Shown here: positions 1-11,214 of the stretch, in pieces | Layout of the letters: the number at the start of each line of letters is the position of its first letter | Numbering within the stretch: position 1 is the stretch's first letter | NCBI RefSeq assembly: GCF_039654945.1 | Contig: NW_027361695.1 | Span: forward strand, 9,734,001-9,798,000 | Direction of reading: 5' to 3' | Source: Dendrobates tinctorius | Taxonomy: Eukaryota | Length of the DNA: 64,000 bases | Made by a program: the position numbers and the translations under genes | Notes under the pieces: generated by a model | What the model was told of the DNA's origin: nothing | Seen by the model: the letters and a program-made list of their open reading frames with translations, nothing else | Database searches by the model: none

Positions 1-510
1 TGTGGCATCCATCGGGTGCTGTTGATCGTGTCAGAGATCTGGCATTCATGATTTCTCCTCTCAGTGAGTGACTATTTTGCTGCCCTATGGAATCTTGGAC
101 ATGCTGAGTTGTCTTTGTTTTGATTGAGAGCGTGGCCGTCCAATTTGTTACTGTGAGGTGCTGGGCTATTCTCCAGGTGTTCTCTGTTCTGAAGATTGCC
201 CAGCTACTTAACTGAGCTGTCTGCGTCTGATCTCTGCAAGATGTAGTTTGTGCTTCCTGATGAGTTTTTACCTGATTTTGTTGTGCTAAGTTTTGATCTT
301 CCACTGCCTGACTCTTTGGACTGTGTTCTTACTATCTGTTTGTCTTGTCCTTTTGCTTTGATCTGCTATCTCCTGGTATTTTGACCCCGGACCAGGACCT
401 GACTTACGCCTTTGTCTCTCCCCTTGGTTTTCTACGTGCTTTCTTGGTACTGTCCCCAGAGCGTCTGACATCTCTGCTCCATGGTATGTCCTTTAGTGGC
501 TAGTGTCACA
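1..510. mobile_element. Probable LTR-retrotransposon LTR fragment, truncated by the window start
   Basis: Pyrimidine/T-rich LTR-like composition ending in ...GTGTCACA at ~510. The other end lies outside the window, so no TSD can be tested. Confidence 0.35.
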
Positions 511-587
511 CTGGCACTGCTTCCATGGCTTTCATTGTAACTTAAGTCATGATGGCAGTTTGTTGGCTAACCAAATATATATATATA

Positions 588-1554
588 CAGTAGTGTGATT
601 AAAAAAGGTTGTGGCAAAATTATAGCACAGACATTCATGACCGAGAGAACCTAACACAACTTATTAACATGAAAAGACTCAATGAGTCGGATTCATCAAA
701 GCTTTTACACCAAAATTCTGGAGTAAATAGATTTTAAAAGTCACAAAATTTTGGGAAAATAAATTGTGTCTTATGGCGTGCTCCAACAAAGTAGGCGGAG
801 GCACGGAACCCCCACTTGTCAAATTCACAACAACCGTCGTTTTTTTTCGCTCAAAAAACTTTACTCCAGTCTCGAATCGAGTAAGATTTGTGGTGAGGCG
901 CACGCCACTTATCCTGTGGTTCTGATTCATTGAGGCATAAGCCTCCTAAGGAATCAGGAATGTCTGACTCCAGCACATTCCCTCATCAAGGCTGGTGTGA
1001 ACTACGCGAGTCTTGATGAATCTGGGACAATATTTCTTCAAGTTTTATCTTTACACTGCAAATCTTCAAAGTGATTTCTATTGGTGACATGGCAGTTGTC
1101 AAGACGGGAGTCCAGAACTGTCCTGACACCTGCCAGCATTTCCTCAGATATGGACCCCACTTTTTCAGTAATGGATTTCTTAGGTCGTTCAGTTCCTGTG
1201 ACTTGAGGGTGAAGATACACTGAGTTCTTGATGTAGCCTTCAAGAAATAAGTTCTAGAGTGTTAGATATGGCAATCATAGAGGCTAACGCGACGTTTATG
1301 AATCCACCTGAGACAACACATCCCTGAAACAGTGAAGTCCATATCCTCAGATATGCTGGCACACATCTGAACAGAACTGGACTACCGCCTAGACATCTGC
1401 TGTGTCGCCAGTGAAAATGACTTTGAACATTTTGAGGTGTATAGATAAAATTTGGATAGATATCGGTCTTTTCTTGTTAATAAATTTGTGTTTTGCTCTC
1501 TCGTTTTTGAGTGCTGATTCTATAATTTTGTACCATCCTTTTTAAGTTGCCCTG
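588..1554. mobile_element. Palindromic non-autonomous Tc1/mariner-superfamily element made of two inverted 3' ends
   Basis: TA|CAG...CTG|TA termini (586-590 and 1552-1556). Left arm (588-683 plus 1029-~1200) is the diverged reverse complement of 1300-1554. Both arms encode the same transposase C-terminus: - strand GYIKNSVY...SISEEML...LDSRLDNCHVTNRNHFEDL; + strand LRQHIPETVKSISSDMLAHI*TELDYRLDICCVASENDFEHF. Confidence 0.8.
684..1028. mobile_element. Non-autonomous DNA transposon (PIF/Harbinger-like MITE) inserted in the mariner-like element
   Basis: Imperfect TIRs GAGTCGGATTCATCAA / TTGATGAATCTGGGAC flanked by a 3-bp AAT duplication (681-683, 1029-1031). A second family member lies at ~57663-58043. 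Confidence 0.7.
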
Positions 1555-1944
1555 TATTATGGTGCATGGTGCATCCTCTCCTTTTATGATTGCTATGTGG
1601 ATATGATGAAACCACACTGTAAATATTATGGTCTTTGACTTTTCTAGTAGTAACATTCACGTGCACAGTCCACCATAGGAATTTTCACACCGGTCACTGG
1701 TAAAGGCTTCTTGATGTCAACCATCTTGCTCTTATTAAACAACTGGTTACTAGAGTTGAGTGATACCGTCCGATACTTCAAAGTATCGGATCGGAATGGA
1801 TCGGCCGATCTTAAAAAAAAGTATCGGTATCGCCGATTCCGATACCGGAAGTCCCATTCAAGTCTATGGGACTTCCAGTATCGGAATAAGAAAAACCCTA
1901 TTTTTGCCTTGTGCAGCCTCTCTGGGGTCTGTACGGGCCTTTTA

Positions 1945-2250
1945 GGGGGGCTGTGCCGGCCTGCCAGGGGGTCTGCGCAGGCTCCGGTGGTCTGTGCCGG
2001 CCTGCCGGGGGGCTGTGACGGCCTGCCGGGGGGCTGTGCCGGCCTGCCGGGGGCTGTGCCGGCCTGCCGGTGGTCTGTGCCGGCCTGCCGGGGGGCTGTG
2101 CCGGCCTGCCGGGGGGCTGTGCCGGCCTGCCGGGGGGCTGTGCCGGCCTGCCGGGGGGGCTGTGCAGGCTCCGGTGGTCTGTGCCGGCCTGCCGGGGGGC
2201 TGTGCCGGCCTGCCGGTGGTCTGTGCAGGCTTCGGGGGTCTGTGCAGGCA
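1945..2250 (+). repeat. GC-rich ~20-bp minisatellite (GCCGGCCTGCCGGGGGGCTGT), with inverted counterpart at ~4085-4315
   Basis: Tandem units are directly visible. They explain the ORFs at 1644-2324 and 3971-4352. Confidence 0.9.
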
Positions 2251-2389
2251 TCGTCCGATGGGATTACAAGTCCCATCGGGCGATGCCTGCTACAATGACA
2301 GTGATTGACACATTAGCCGGATGATGGGACTACTACTGTCCCATCATTGGCTAATGTGTTGAATGTAAAAAAAAAAAAAAAAAAATATA

Positions 2390-3065
2390 AATGCTACATA
2401 CATGCTACATACATAAAACATGCATACTACATATATACTACATGTAACATACATACTACATATATACTACATGCAACATGCATACTACATGCATGCTACA
2501 TACATGCTACATACTACATACATGCTACATTCATACTACATATGTACTACATGCATGCAACATACATACATATATACTACATGCATGCAACATACATACT
2601 ACATATATACTACATGCATGCAACATGCATACTACATATATACTACATGTAACATACATACTACATATATACTACATGCATACTACATACATGCTACATA
2701 CTACATGCATGCTACATGCATGCTACATACATACTACATGCATGCTACATACATACTACATGCATGCTACATACTACATGCTACATACATACTACATACA
2801 TACTACATATATACTACATGCATGCTACATACATACTACATGCTACATACATACTACATATATACTACATGCATGCTACATACATACTACATATATACTA
2901 CATACATACTACATGCATGCTACATACATACTACATGCATGCTACATACATACTACATGCATGCTACATACATACTACATATATACTACATGCATGCTAC
3001 ATACATACTACATGCTACATACATACTACATATATACTACATGCATGCTACATACAATACATTCA
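2390..3065 (+). repeat. Complex TACA/CATG micro/minisatellite, with inverted counterpart at ~3585-3945
   Basis: Permuted CATACTACATGCATGCTACATA units. They explain the Y/H/M/T-rich ORFs. Confidence 0.9.
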
Positions 3066-4574
3066 TACAATACATACATAGACATACAGTACATATAACA
3101 TAGAGTAACATACTTACCAATACTTGTCACATTGTTCCCCGAAGCCATTGTCGTGTACGGAATAAATATTAACATAACAAACCACAAAAATACTCACCCA
3201 TGATTCGAAGCAGTCCACGAGTGTGTCCCACGACTATCTTGGGTAGAGAACTGCAGCATCAGCTGATGCTGCCGCTCTCTACGGGCTGCAGGAATCCAAT
3301 GACGGAAGGTAGGTATCCTTGCGCACTGTATTCCTCCGCCACTTAAAAAAAAAAAAAGTCCCTAGTCTCACTTTATGCCATTGCTGCGTGGGAATCTCTA
3401 CCCAAGATCGTCGTGGGACACACTCGTGGACTGCTTCGGATCATGGGTGAGTATTTTTGTGGTTTGTTATGTTAATATTTATTCCGTACACGGCAATGGC
3501 TTCGGGGAACAATGTGACAAGTATTGGTAAGTATGTTACTCTATGTTATATGTACTGTATGTCTATGTATGTATTGTATGAATGTATTGTATGTAGCATG
3601 CATGTAGTATATATGTAGTATGTATGTAGCATGTAGTATGTATGTAGCATGCATGTAGTATATATGTAGTATGTATGTAGCATGTAGTATGTATGTAGCA
3701 TGCATGTAGTATATATGTAGTATGTATGTAGCATGCATGTAGTATGTATGTAGTATGAATGTAGCATGCATGTAGCATGCATGTAGCATGCATGTAGTAT
3801 GCATGTAGTATATATGTAGTATGTATGTTACATGTAGTATATATGTAGTATGTATGTTACATGTAGTATATATGTAGTATGTATGTTACATGTAGTATAT
3901 ATGTAGTATGCATGTTGTATGTATGTAGTATGTATGTAGCATGTAATTTTTTTTTTTTACATTCAACACATTAGCCGGATGATGGGACTACTACTGTCCC
4001 ATCATTGGCTAATGTGTCAATCACTGTCATGGTAGCAGGCATCGCCCGATGGGACTTGTAGTCCCATCGGACGATCCCTGCACAGACCCCCGAAGCCTGC
4101 ACAGACCACCGGCAGGCCGGCACAGCCCCCCGGCAGGCCGTCACAGCCCCCCGGCAGGCCGTCACAGCCCCCCGGCAGGCCGTCACAGCCCCCCGGCAGG
4201 CCGTCACAGCCCCCCGGAGCCTGCACAGACCACCGGCAGGCCGGCACAGCCCCCCGGCAGGCCGGCACAGACCACCGGAGCCTGCACAGCCCCCCGGCAG
4301 GCCGGCAGAGACCCCCGGAAGGCCCGAAATGACGGCGCATCATGATGCGCACACACCGCGCATCATGATGACGTCAGGCTGTCAATCAACTTTGAACTTC
4401 CGATTCCGATACCGACATCCGATATTGAAAAAATATCGGATGTCGGTATTGGAATTCCGATACAGCAAGTATCGGCCGATACCCGATACTTGCGGTATCG
4501 GAATGCTCAACACTACTGGTTACATAACAAGGGGCGCACATACTTTTTAAGCACAAGGTCACTCAGTATGTCTC

Positions 4575-4910
4575 CAGGTTTCCATACATATTAGACTTCT
4601 GTTAGCCGAACTAGCTTGTTGATTTCGGCAGGATTGGTTGACAGTCTGACTGGCATGGGGCTTCCTGACTCTCATCCTACAGATGATGTCTGGAGAAAAT
4701 AGGTATCCAGCTCATTGGATTTTCGACAACTGATCCTTTTGGGCTCTACAAGATAAACCACTGCCACAGGAGTCTAGTAATGGCTCTCTCATAGATAACA
4801 CAGAAGTGCGTGATCAAGCCAAGTGTTTGTGTATGGTAGACCCCAGAGAGATATCAGTCTTTGAATGATTGTTCAGCCCGACAACTATCTATTATGCACA
4901 AGGAGCTTTT
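4575..4910. mobile_element. Degenerate copy of an abundant MITE family (CCATACACATTAGA... termini)
   Basis: Resembles the better-preserved copies at 19905-20220 and 41126-41422. Further degenerate copies at ~38050-38365, ~42050-42230, ~44550-45200 and ~48330-48690. Confidence 0.5.
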
Positions 4911-5429
4911 CGCTGAGTTGTGACAACTTTTTGCTCCAGTGGTGGTGGATGTTGGCTTTTTCTTCTGCTTCTGTTGACTTTGTAGAGTCATGGACAGTGG
5001 TGCGGAGCTAGTGATTATTCCCGAGCTATACATTCTGTGTAATAAAACATAAAATGCTTCTACAGTGTTAAGTCAAATAAAAGCAACAGAGCTTGAAAGA
5101 GCCACTTTCCGGAGAAAGAAAGTTTAAAGAGGCAAGGTAATTTAATATCAAGTTCTGTGTTGCCTTTACTTCTTGCTTTGTCATTTTCATGGTCGTTAAA
5201 CCCACATTCTTCCTCACTGCTGGAGAAAGATTGAATGACGATACAATGCCTCAAAAAGAACAGGGCATGGCAGAATCAAAGGCTATAGAAACGGGCATTA
5301 TTTTTGGCACAAAGGTTGAGCTGCTCAATATTCAGTACAATTAAATTTCTGCACTTTATGTTGCATTGATTTGTGATTGATTCAATTATAGAAATCCTTA
5401 CATATTTAAGAAGAAAAACTGCAGTGACA

Positions 5430-6265
5430 GCAGGTGGTTGCTGTTGGGTCTGTCGAGGTAGCAGTTGGATGGCTGTTGGCTTTGTCGAGGGAGCAGTTGG
5501 ATGGCTGTTGGGTCTGTCGAGGTAGCAGATGGATGGCTGTTGGGTCTGTCAAGGTAGCAGTTGGAATCTGTTGGGTCTGTCGAGGTAGCAAGCAGTTGGG
5601 TGGCTGTTGGGTTTGTCGAGGGAGCAGTTGGGTGGCTGTTGGGTTTGTCGAGGGAGCAGTTGGGTGGCTGTTGGGTCTGTCGAGGTAGCGAGCAGTTGGG
5701 TGGCTGTTGGGTTTGTAGAGGGAGCAGTTGGGTGGCTGTTGGGTCTGTCAAGGTAGCAGTTGGGTGGCTGTTGGGTCTGTCAAGATAGTAGTTTGGTGGC
5801 TGTTGGGTCTGTCGAGGTAGCAAGCAGTTAGGTGGCTGTTGGGTTTGTCGAGGGAGCGGTTGGGTGGCTGTTGGGTTTGTCGAGGTAGCAGATGGATTGC
5901 TGTTGGGTCTGTCAAGGTAGCAGTTGGGTGGCTGTTGGTTCTGTCAAGGTAGCGAGCAGTTGGGTGGCTGTTGGGTTTGTAGAGGGAGCAGTTGGGTGGC
6001 TGTTGGGTCTGTCAATGTAGCAGTTGGGTGGCTGTTGGGTCTGTCGAGATAGCAGTTGGGTGGCTGTTGGGTCTGTCGAGGTAGCAGTTGGGTGGCTGTT
6101 GGGTCTGTCGAGGTAGCAGTTGGGTCTGTCGAGGTAGCAATTGGGTGGGTGTTGGGTCTGCCGAGGTAGCAGTTGGGTCTGTCGAGGTAACAGTTGGGTG
6201 GCTGTTGGGTCTGTCGAAGTAGCAGTGGGATGACCTTTGGGTCTATAAAGGCAGCAGCTGGTTTT
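5430..6265 (+). repeat. 32-bp minisatellite (GCAGTTGGGTGGCTGTTGGGTCTGTCGAGGTA), roughly 25 units
   Basis: Directly visible tandem array with 36-bp and 20-bp variant units. Confidence 0.92.
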
Positions 6266-6690
6266 GGGCTCTGGTGCCTAGGAGAGTGCGATGGATCCTC
6301 TGCCACATATGATAACTAGTAGGTGGAGGAGCCCAGATTTTTTTTAGCCATGTTTTGTTATGCATATCATTGTTTCAATGATTTTCTAGAGTCCATGAAC
6401 CTTGATTTTTCCCTCCATATCACAGTTCAATAACAAAGCCACCAGTTTGTAGGCTTTATTATAGTTGGACACCATGGAACAATTTTAGAGCGGAATTTGC
6501 ATCACCAGCGTTGGGCGCTTAGAGAATGCAAGTTGACTCCATTGTCTGCTGCTAGAGCTGAGTTCATGGGTAGGTGATATAACTGAAATAAAATTTCTAC
6601 TATAGTAAGCGTCCACCCCTGTTACATGCTCTCTTTATCTCAATATGCTTTAGTGTATGATTTTTTTTTTGCCATAGATCTGTGTGTTAA

Positions 6691-7393
6691 TTAAAGTGGA
6701 TCTACCTCCAGACTTCAAAATCCAAACTGCATACATTCTTTAATACATTTTAGACCTAACGTAGCTGGTGTACTTACTATTGAAACTCAATCTCTGCTCA
6801 CCTAGTCTGAGATGACAACTCCCCAGTGTCCCTCCTGCTGCTGAGATCTCACACTGCATGGTACAAGCTGCAGCTATCAGTCAGTGTGGGTAGGCAGAAA
6901 CTGAATACGCGCTGACTCTTTAGTTTATATAGTTTATGTAGTTTATGTAGTTATAGTTATAGTTAACTAGTTATAGTTTATGTAGTTTATGTAGTTTATA
7001 TAGTTTATATAGTTTATGCAGTATGTATTGGGAAATCTGGTAACAGATCTGCTAACAAGGGGAGAAAATGAAAACCTTGAAGTCATTCTACGTGACTACA
7101 GACTGCTGAATTTTGCCACGAATGTAACTGCATTCCCCATGCGGATGGGTGGTCAGTTGACCACATTTATGTGATTTACATACATATGCTGACTAGACTC
7201 GCATGGCTTCTCTTAGTTGAAGAGAATTCAGAAGTCTAGTTGGCATGTGACCGTAAGTATGCAAATTGCATGCATGTGGGGAAGTGACCACCCACCCTCG
7301 CGGGGAACAAACTGGAATCGGGAAACATCCACTGCATTTTGCAGTAACATGGATTGACTGCAGACTTTCATTTCAGCCCGGACAGCCCCTTTA
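6691..7393. mobile_element. Two adjacent degenerate T2/Kolobok-type MITEs; the first contains a (TAGTTTATR)n microsatellite at ~6920-7020
   Basis: TTAA-AGTGGAT start and ...CAGCCCCT-TTAA end. The segment 7058-7389 is homologous to the palindromic MITE at 54720-55118. Confidence 0.55.
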
Positions 7394-7921
7394 ATAGCAG
7401 GTAGTCATTAAATACCGAAACTCTAAGGTTTTATTCAATAGCGCTGTAGTCTTATTGAAATGTGCGACTGTCTGGTATCTGAATCGGCACAGGAAACCAC
7501 AAGCTACGCTCACTTTACTGGCTGTTCAAGCGCTAATGACCACTGTAACCGTGTTTTATGAATTCTAATCCGTGTGTTATGCATAATACATGCCATACAT
7601 TATTTCTTGTATTGAGTTTTAGCTTCAGAATGTCATTGTGCAACCGTTTTCTATTACTCCTAATAGTTTATAGGAAGCGCCTAATCCTTATTTTGCTTTC
7701 CGCACAATGCTATGCCGTCTTTTGCTGCTGTCTCGCTGTGGCTCTGTGTATCTTTTCCCTTACCGATACATAGAAGTTTAGTTCTCAATCTTCTACAGGT
7801 TTTCAGCTTTTAATATATGTAATATGTATTTATACTATACTACTACTCGTGATTCACGGGATGCATACTATCCAGGAATCTTTCTTAACCTTCCTTATTT
7901 ATAATTTATGTTTTTCAATAT

Positions 7922-9711
7922 CAGAGGCGTAACTACCATGGTCGCAGCAGTCGCCACTGCGACCGGGCACGGGGGGAGTCAGGGGCCCGGCAGGTCAGAC
8001 CATGTTATCTCCCAACCGTGCCGATTCTCGTGGGACAGTCCCGTTTTTGAGCCGCCACGCCCCCACATGCACCCCATCCTCGCCCTCCCAGATAGACCCA
8101 CCGCAGTCCCCCACAGCTTGCATTGAAATCCTAGGCTGTTCTGTGGCTGTGCGCACAGGATCTGTGATGAGGTCACAGGAGGGGAGGAGTGAGGGGTCAC
8201 ATGATCAAGAGCCTCGTTGTCTGCAGGACTCTGCTGTGCTGGTTGTCATGATGCTGGATGAGGTAAAGTTTCTGTCTGGGGTCAGGAGGGGTTTACAGGG
8301 TGGATGTAGCAGAGCTGTGTGTATACGAGGTGTACAGAGCGATGATGTGTGTGTATGGGGTGTGCAGAGCGGAGCTGTGTGTGTACGGAGTGGAGTCGTG
8401 TGTGTACGGAGTGGAGCCGTGTGTGTATGCGGTATACGGAGCAGAGCCATGTGTGTACGAGGTGTACGGAGCGAAGATGTGTGTGTATGGGGTGTACGGA
8501 GCAGAGCCGTGTGTGTGTATGGGGTATGCAGAGCGGAGCTGTGTGTGTATGGGGTGAGCTGAGCGGAACTATGTGTGTATGAGGTGTACGGAGCGGAGCT
8601 GTGTGTGTACGAGGTGTGTGGAGCTGTGTGTACGGGGTGCAGGGAGCGGAGCCTCGTGTGTACGGAGTGGAGCCTGTTGTGAGTTCATTTTCTGGTCTAC
8701 CAGTTGTGAGTTCTCCTTCCATGCTCCCTCTGGTGGTAACAGGAGGTAGTGAGGCTGATTTAATCAGTGGAGATCTGCCACCTGATAAGGAGGATGACAA
8801 TTGGACCTCAGGAATCTCAGACTGGATTTAAGACAGCCGACGCCCTATTCTGGTGCTGGTGATTCCTTCTGGCTTGTCAGGTCTTGGTTCTCAGCTCTGT
8901 TCCAGTCAGCTCAAGCTAAGTTTTTCTGCTAATGTTCACACTTGATTTTGTTGGTCTATTCAGTTTTTTGTGTGGTCAGCCAGCCCCGGCTGGGGCTGTG
9001 CTGAATTTCCACTCTTATTTATCTGTATTTGCCAATTTGCTTTTTGTCCCATATTAGATTGGCCTCTTTTCGCTCTGTCTCAGAATATTTGAGTGCTGAT
9101 ATAGTGGGAGAAGTCTAGTGACTTCAGGGTTAATTTTGTTATCAGAAATGTTGGACATTATTTTTGTAGGGTTTTTGGCAGATTGCAGACAGTGTGTTTC
9201 CTTTCCTATCCTTTTTAGTTAGTTTGGGCCCCATCATTTGCTCAACCTATTTTCCTGCCTGCGTTTGTGTTTTCATCTTGTCTCACCATCAACACGTGTG
9301 GGGGCTGTCTTTCCTTTGGGGTCTGCTCTGGGGCAGTTAGTTTTCCCCTTTTCTTGCTTTAGGCTTATTTAGTCCTCCGGCTGTGACGAAGCATCTGGGT
9401 TCACCGTAGGAATGCTCCACGGCTGCTGCTAGTTGTGTGGTTAGGATCAGGGATCTGCAATCTGCATAGTTATCAACCTCTCTGGTTTTCTGTGACTTAG
9501 CTTGTTTTGTTTTTTCCTCCTCGGTGACCCATTCATAACAGGAGCCGCGTGTGTACGAGGTGGACGGAGTGGAGCTGCGTGTGTATGAAGTGGACGGAGA
9601 GGAGCCACGTGTGTACGAGGTCTACGGAGCGGAGATGTGTGTGTATTTTGGCATGGGGGGCCCCATTTGGAAGTTTGCATCGGGGCCCATAACTTTGTAG
9701 TTACGCCACTG
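7922..9711. mobile_element. Non-autonomous hAT-like element with an internal 30-bp minisatellite, interrupted by a solo LTR
   Basis: TIRs CAGAGGCGTAACTAC / GTAGTTACGCCACTG, the same terminal type as 60350-62512. The 30-bp units (GTGTGTGTATGGGGTGTACGGAGCAGAGCC) at 8305-8674 resume at 9541-9645. No clean 8-bp TSD. Confidence 0.75.
8675..9540 (+). mobile_element. Solo LTR-like element, copy 1
   Basis: TGTTGTGAGT...ATTCATAACA termini; 6-bp TSD GGAGCC; closely matches the reverse complement of 23560-24421. Confidence 0.88.
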
Positions 9712-10066
9712 AATATATCCAAGGTGCAGTCATCATACCGAGTCAGGCTAGTTAATCAAAAGAGGAGCTGGGAATGCCAGTAGGTAGGAGGCAGCTCACA
9801 GTGCTCCCGTCTGGCGGCAGCCACAAAGTACTGATGTAGCCACTGGACCAGGTTCCTGCAAAATCATTTGCTCATCTCTAGTATTGACCCATTCATTGTA
9901 TCTCACTTGAGTGCTTGATTCACAGCTACACAGCTCAATACCTCTGCATAATGTCTCACATGCCTCTAAATATGTGCTACATATAGATAGAAGAGCAGGA
10001 ATCACTCATGTCTTTGTGTGGAAGACATTATAGCAGCTGGTGTTCACCCACTATCTCAGTAACAAC

Positions 10067-10943
10067 TGTTATGAATGAGTCACTGAGGAGGAAAAAGCAA
10101 GCTAAGCCCAGAAAACCGGAGAGGTTGGTAACTAGCGGATTGCAGACCCCTGATCCTATCCACAACAACTAGCAGTAGCCGTGGTGCGTGCCTATGGTGA
10201 TCCTAGACGCCTTGTCACGGCCGGAGAACTAAATAAGCCTAAAGAAAGAAAGGGAAAATCTAAACTGCCCCAGAGCAGACCCCAAAGCAATAGATAGCCC
10301 CCAACATGTATTGTCGGTGAAACAAGATGAAAACACAGAAACAGGTAGAAAGATAGGCTGAGCAAACGATGGGGCCCTCGCTAACTAGAAAGGACAGGAA
10401 AGAAAAGCTGCTGTCTGCAATCACGCAAAAAACCCTGCCAAAAAGAATGTCCAACACGTCTGATAGAAAAAGGCCCTGAAGTCGCTAAACTTCAAATCAC
10501 TATATCAGCACTCCGGTATATTCTGAAGGCAGAGCAAAAGAGATCAACTGATCAGAGACAAAATGGGGATTCAGCCCAGTCCCAGCCAGGGCTGGCTGAA
10601 CACAAAAACTAAGTAAACCAGACAAAAACTCATATGAACAATAGCAGAGAAAACTTAGCTTTAGGAAGGCAGGAACCAAACTGGAAACCAGGAGCCAGAG
10701 TCAGGAAAAATCACCAGCAAGAAACTAGGGAGTCGGCTGCCTTAAATCCAATCAGAAACTCCTGATGTCCAATCGCAGTCCTCCTCCTCAGGTGGCCGGT
10801 CTCTGCCATTTAGATCAGCTTCATTACCTCCCTTCACCAACAGAGGGAGTCCAGATAGAGAACTCACTACTCCTCTGTCAGCACAGCCAGCTCCTTAACC
10901 CTCACCAGAAGCCAGAGGCAAACACGAAAATGAGCTCACAACA
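10067..10943 (-). mobile_element. Solo LTR-like element, copy 2
   Basis: TGTTATGAAT...CTCACAACA termini; 6-bp TSD AACAAC (10061-10066, 10944-10949). Confidence 0.88.
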
Positions 10944-11128
10944 AACAACTGCAAATTAAAGATAATGTTTTGCACCTATCTTGACTCCAGGGTTGAGCTC
11001 CACTTCCTTCCTGTATGGCTGCCACCCACTGCACGAATCACTTCTTGCCCAGCAAACCTTACTGATATCATCATCATCCAAGGCCTTTTAAGGTCAACAT
11101 AGGAAAACCCATGAGTCTGATTGTTCAG

Positions 11129-11214
11129 TAGAGTTGAGCGAATTTGATCAGGTCTCTGCTTATTCGGCAAGCTTGCTGAATAAGCAGGGACCCAATCAAT
11201 TTTGCTCAACTCTA
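11129..11214. mobile_element. 86-bp palindromic hAT-type mini-MITE
   Basis: TAGAGTTGAGCGAATTTGAT...ATCAATTTTGCTCAACTCTA; nearly the whole element folds back; termini match 1751-4515. Flanks TTGTTCAG / GTATTCTG match at only 5 of 8 positions. Confidence 0.7.

Larger units (their letters stand above)
1751..4515. mobile_element. Non-autonomous hAT transposon with long internal inverted repeats
   Basis: TIRs TAGAGTTGAG / CTCAACACTA; perfect 8-bp TSD CTGGTTAC (1743-1750, 4516-4523); subterminal CCGATAC/GTATCGG repeats; no transposase ORF. Confidence 0.93.

Noticed and set aside
1644-4352. Long overlapping ORFs (up to 227 aa) with repetitive P/A/G/R or Y/H/M/T peptides
   Set aside because: Open in several frames and on both strands because they are translations of stop-poor satellites inside a TSD-flanked hAT element.
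5430-6265. Chi-like or telomere-like character of the G-rich minisatellite
   Set aside because: No GCTGGTGG or TTAGGG units; only general G-richness.
5398-8831. ORFs with Q/P/T or C/V/G/Y repeats
   Set aside because: Translations of the 32-bp and 30-bp minisatellites; no splice context or protein domain.
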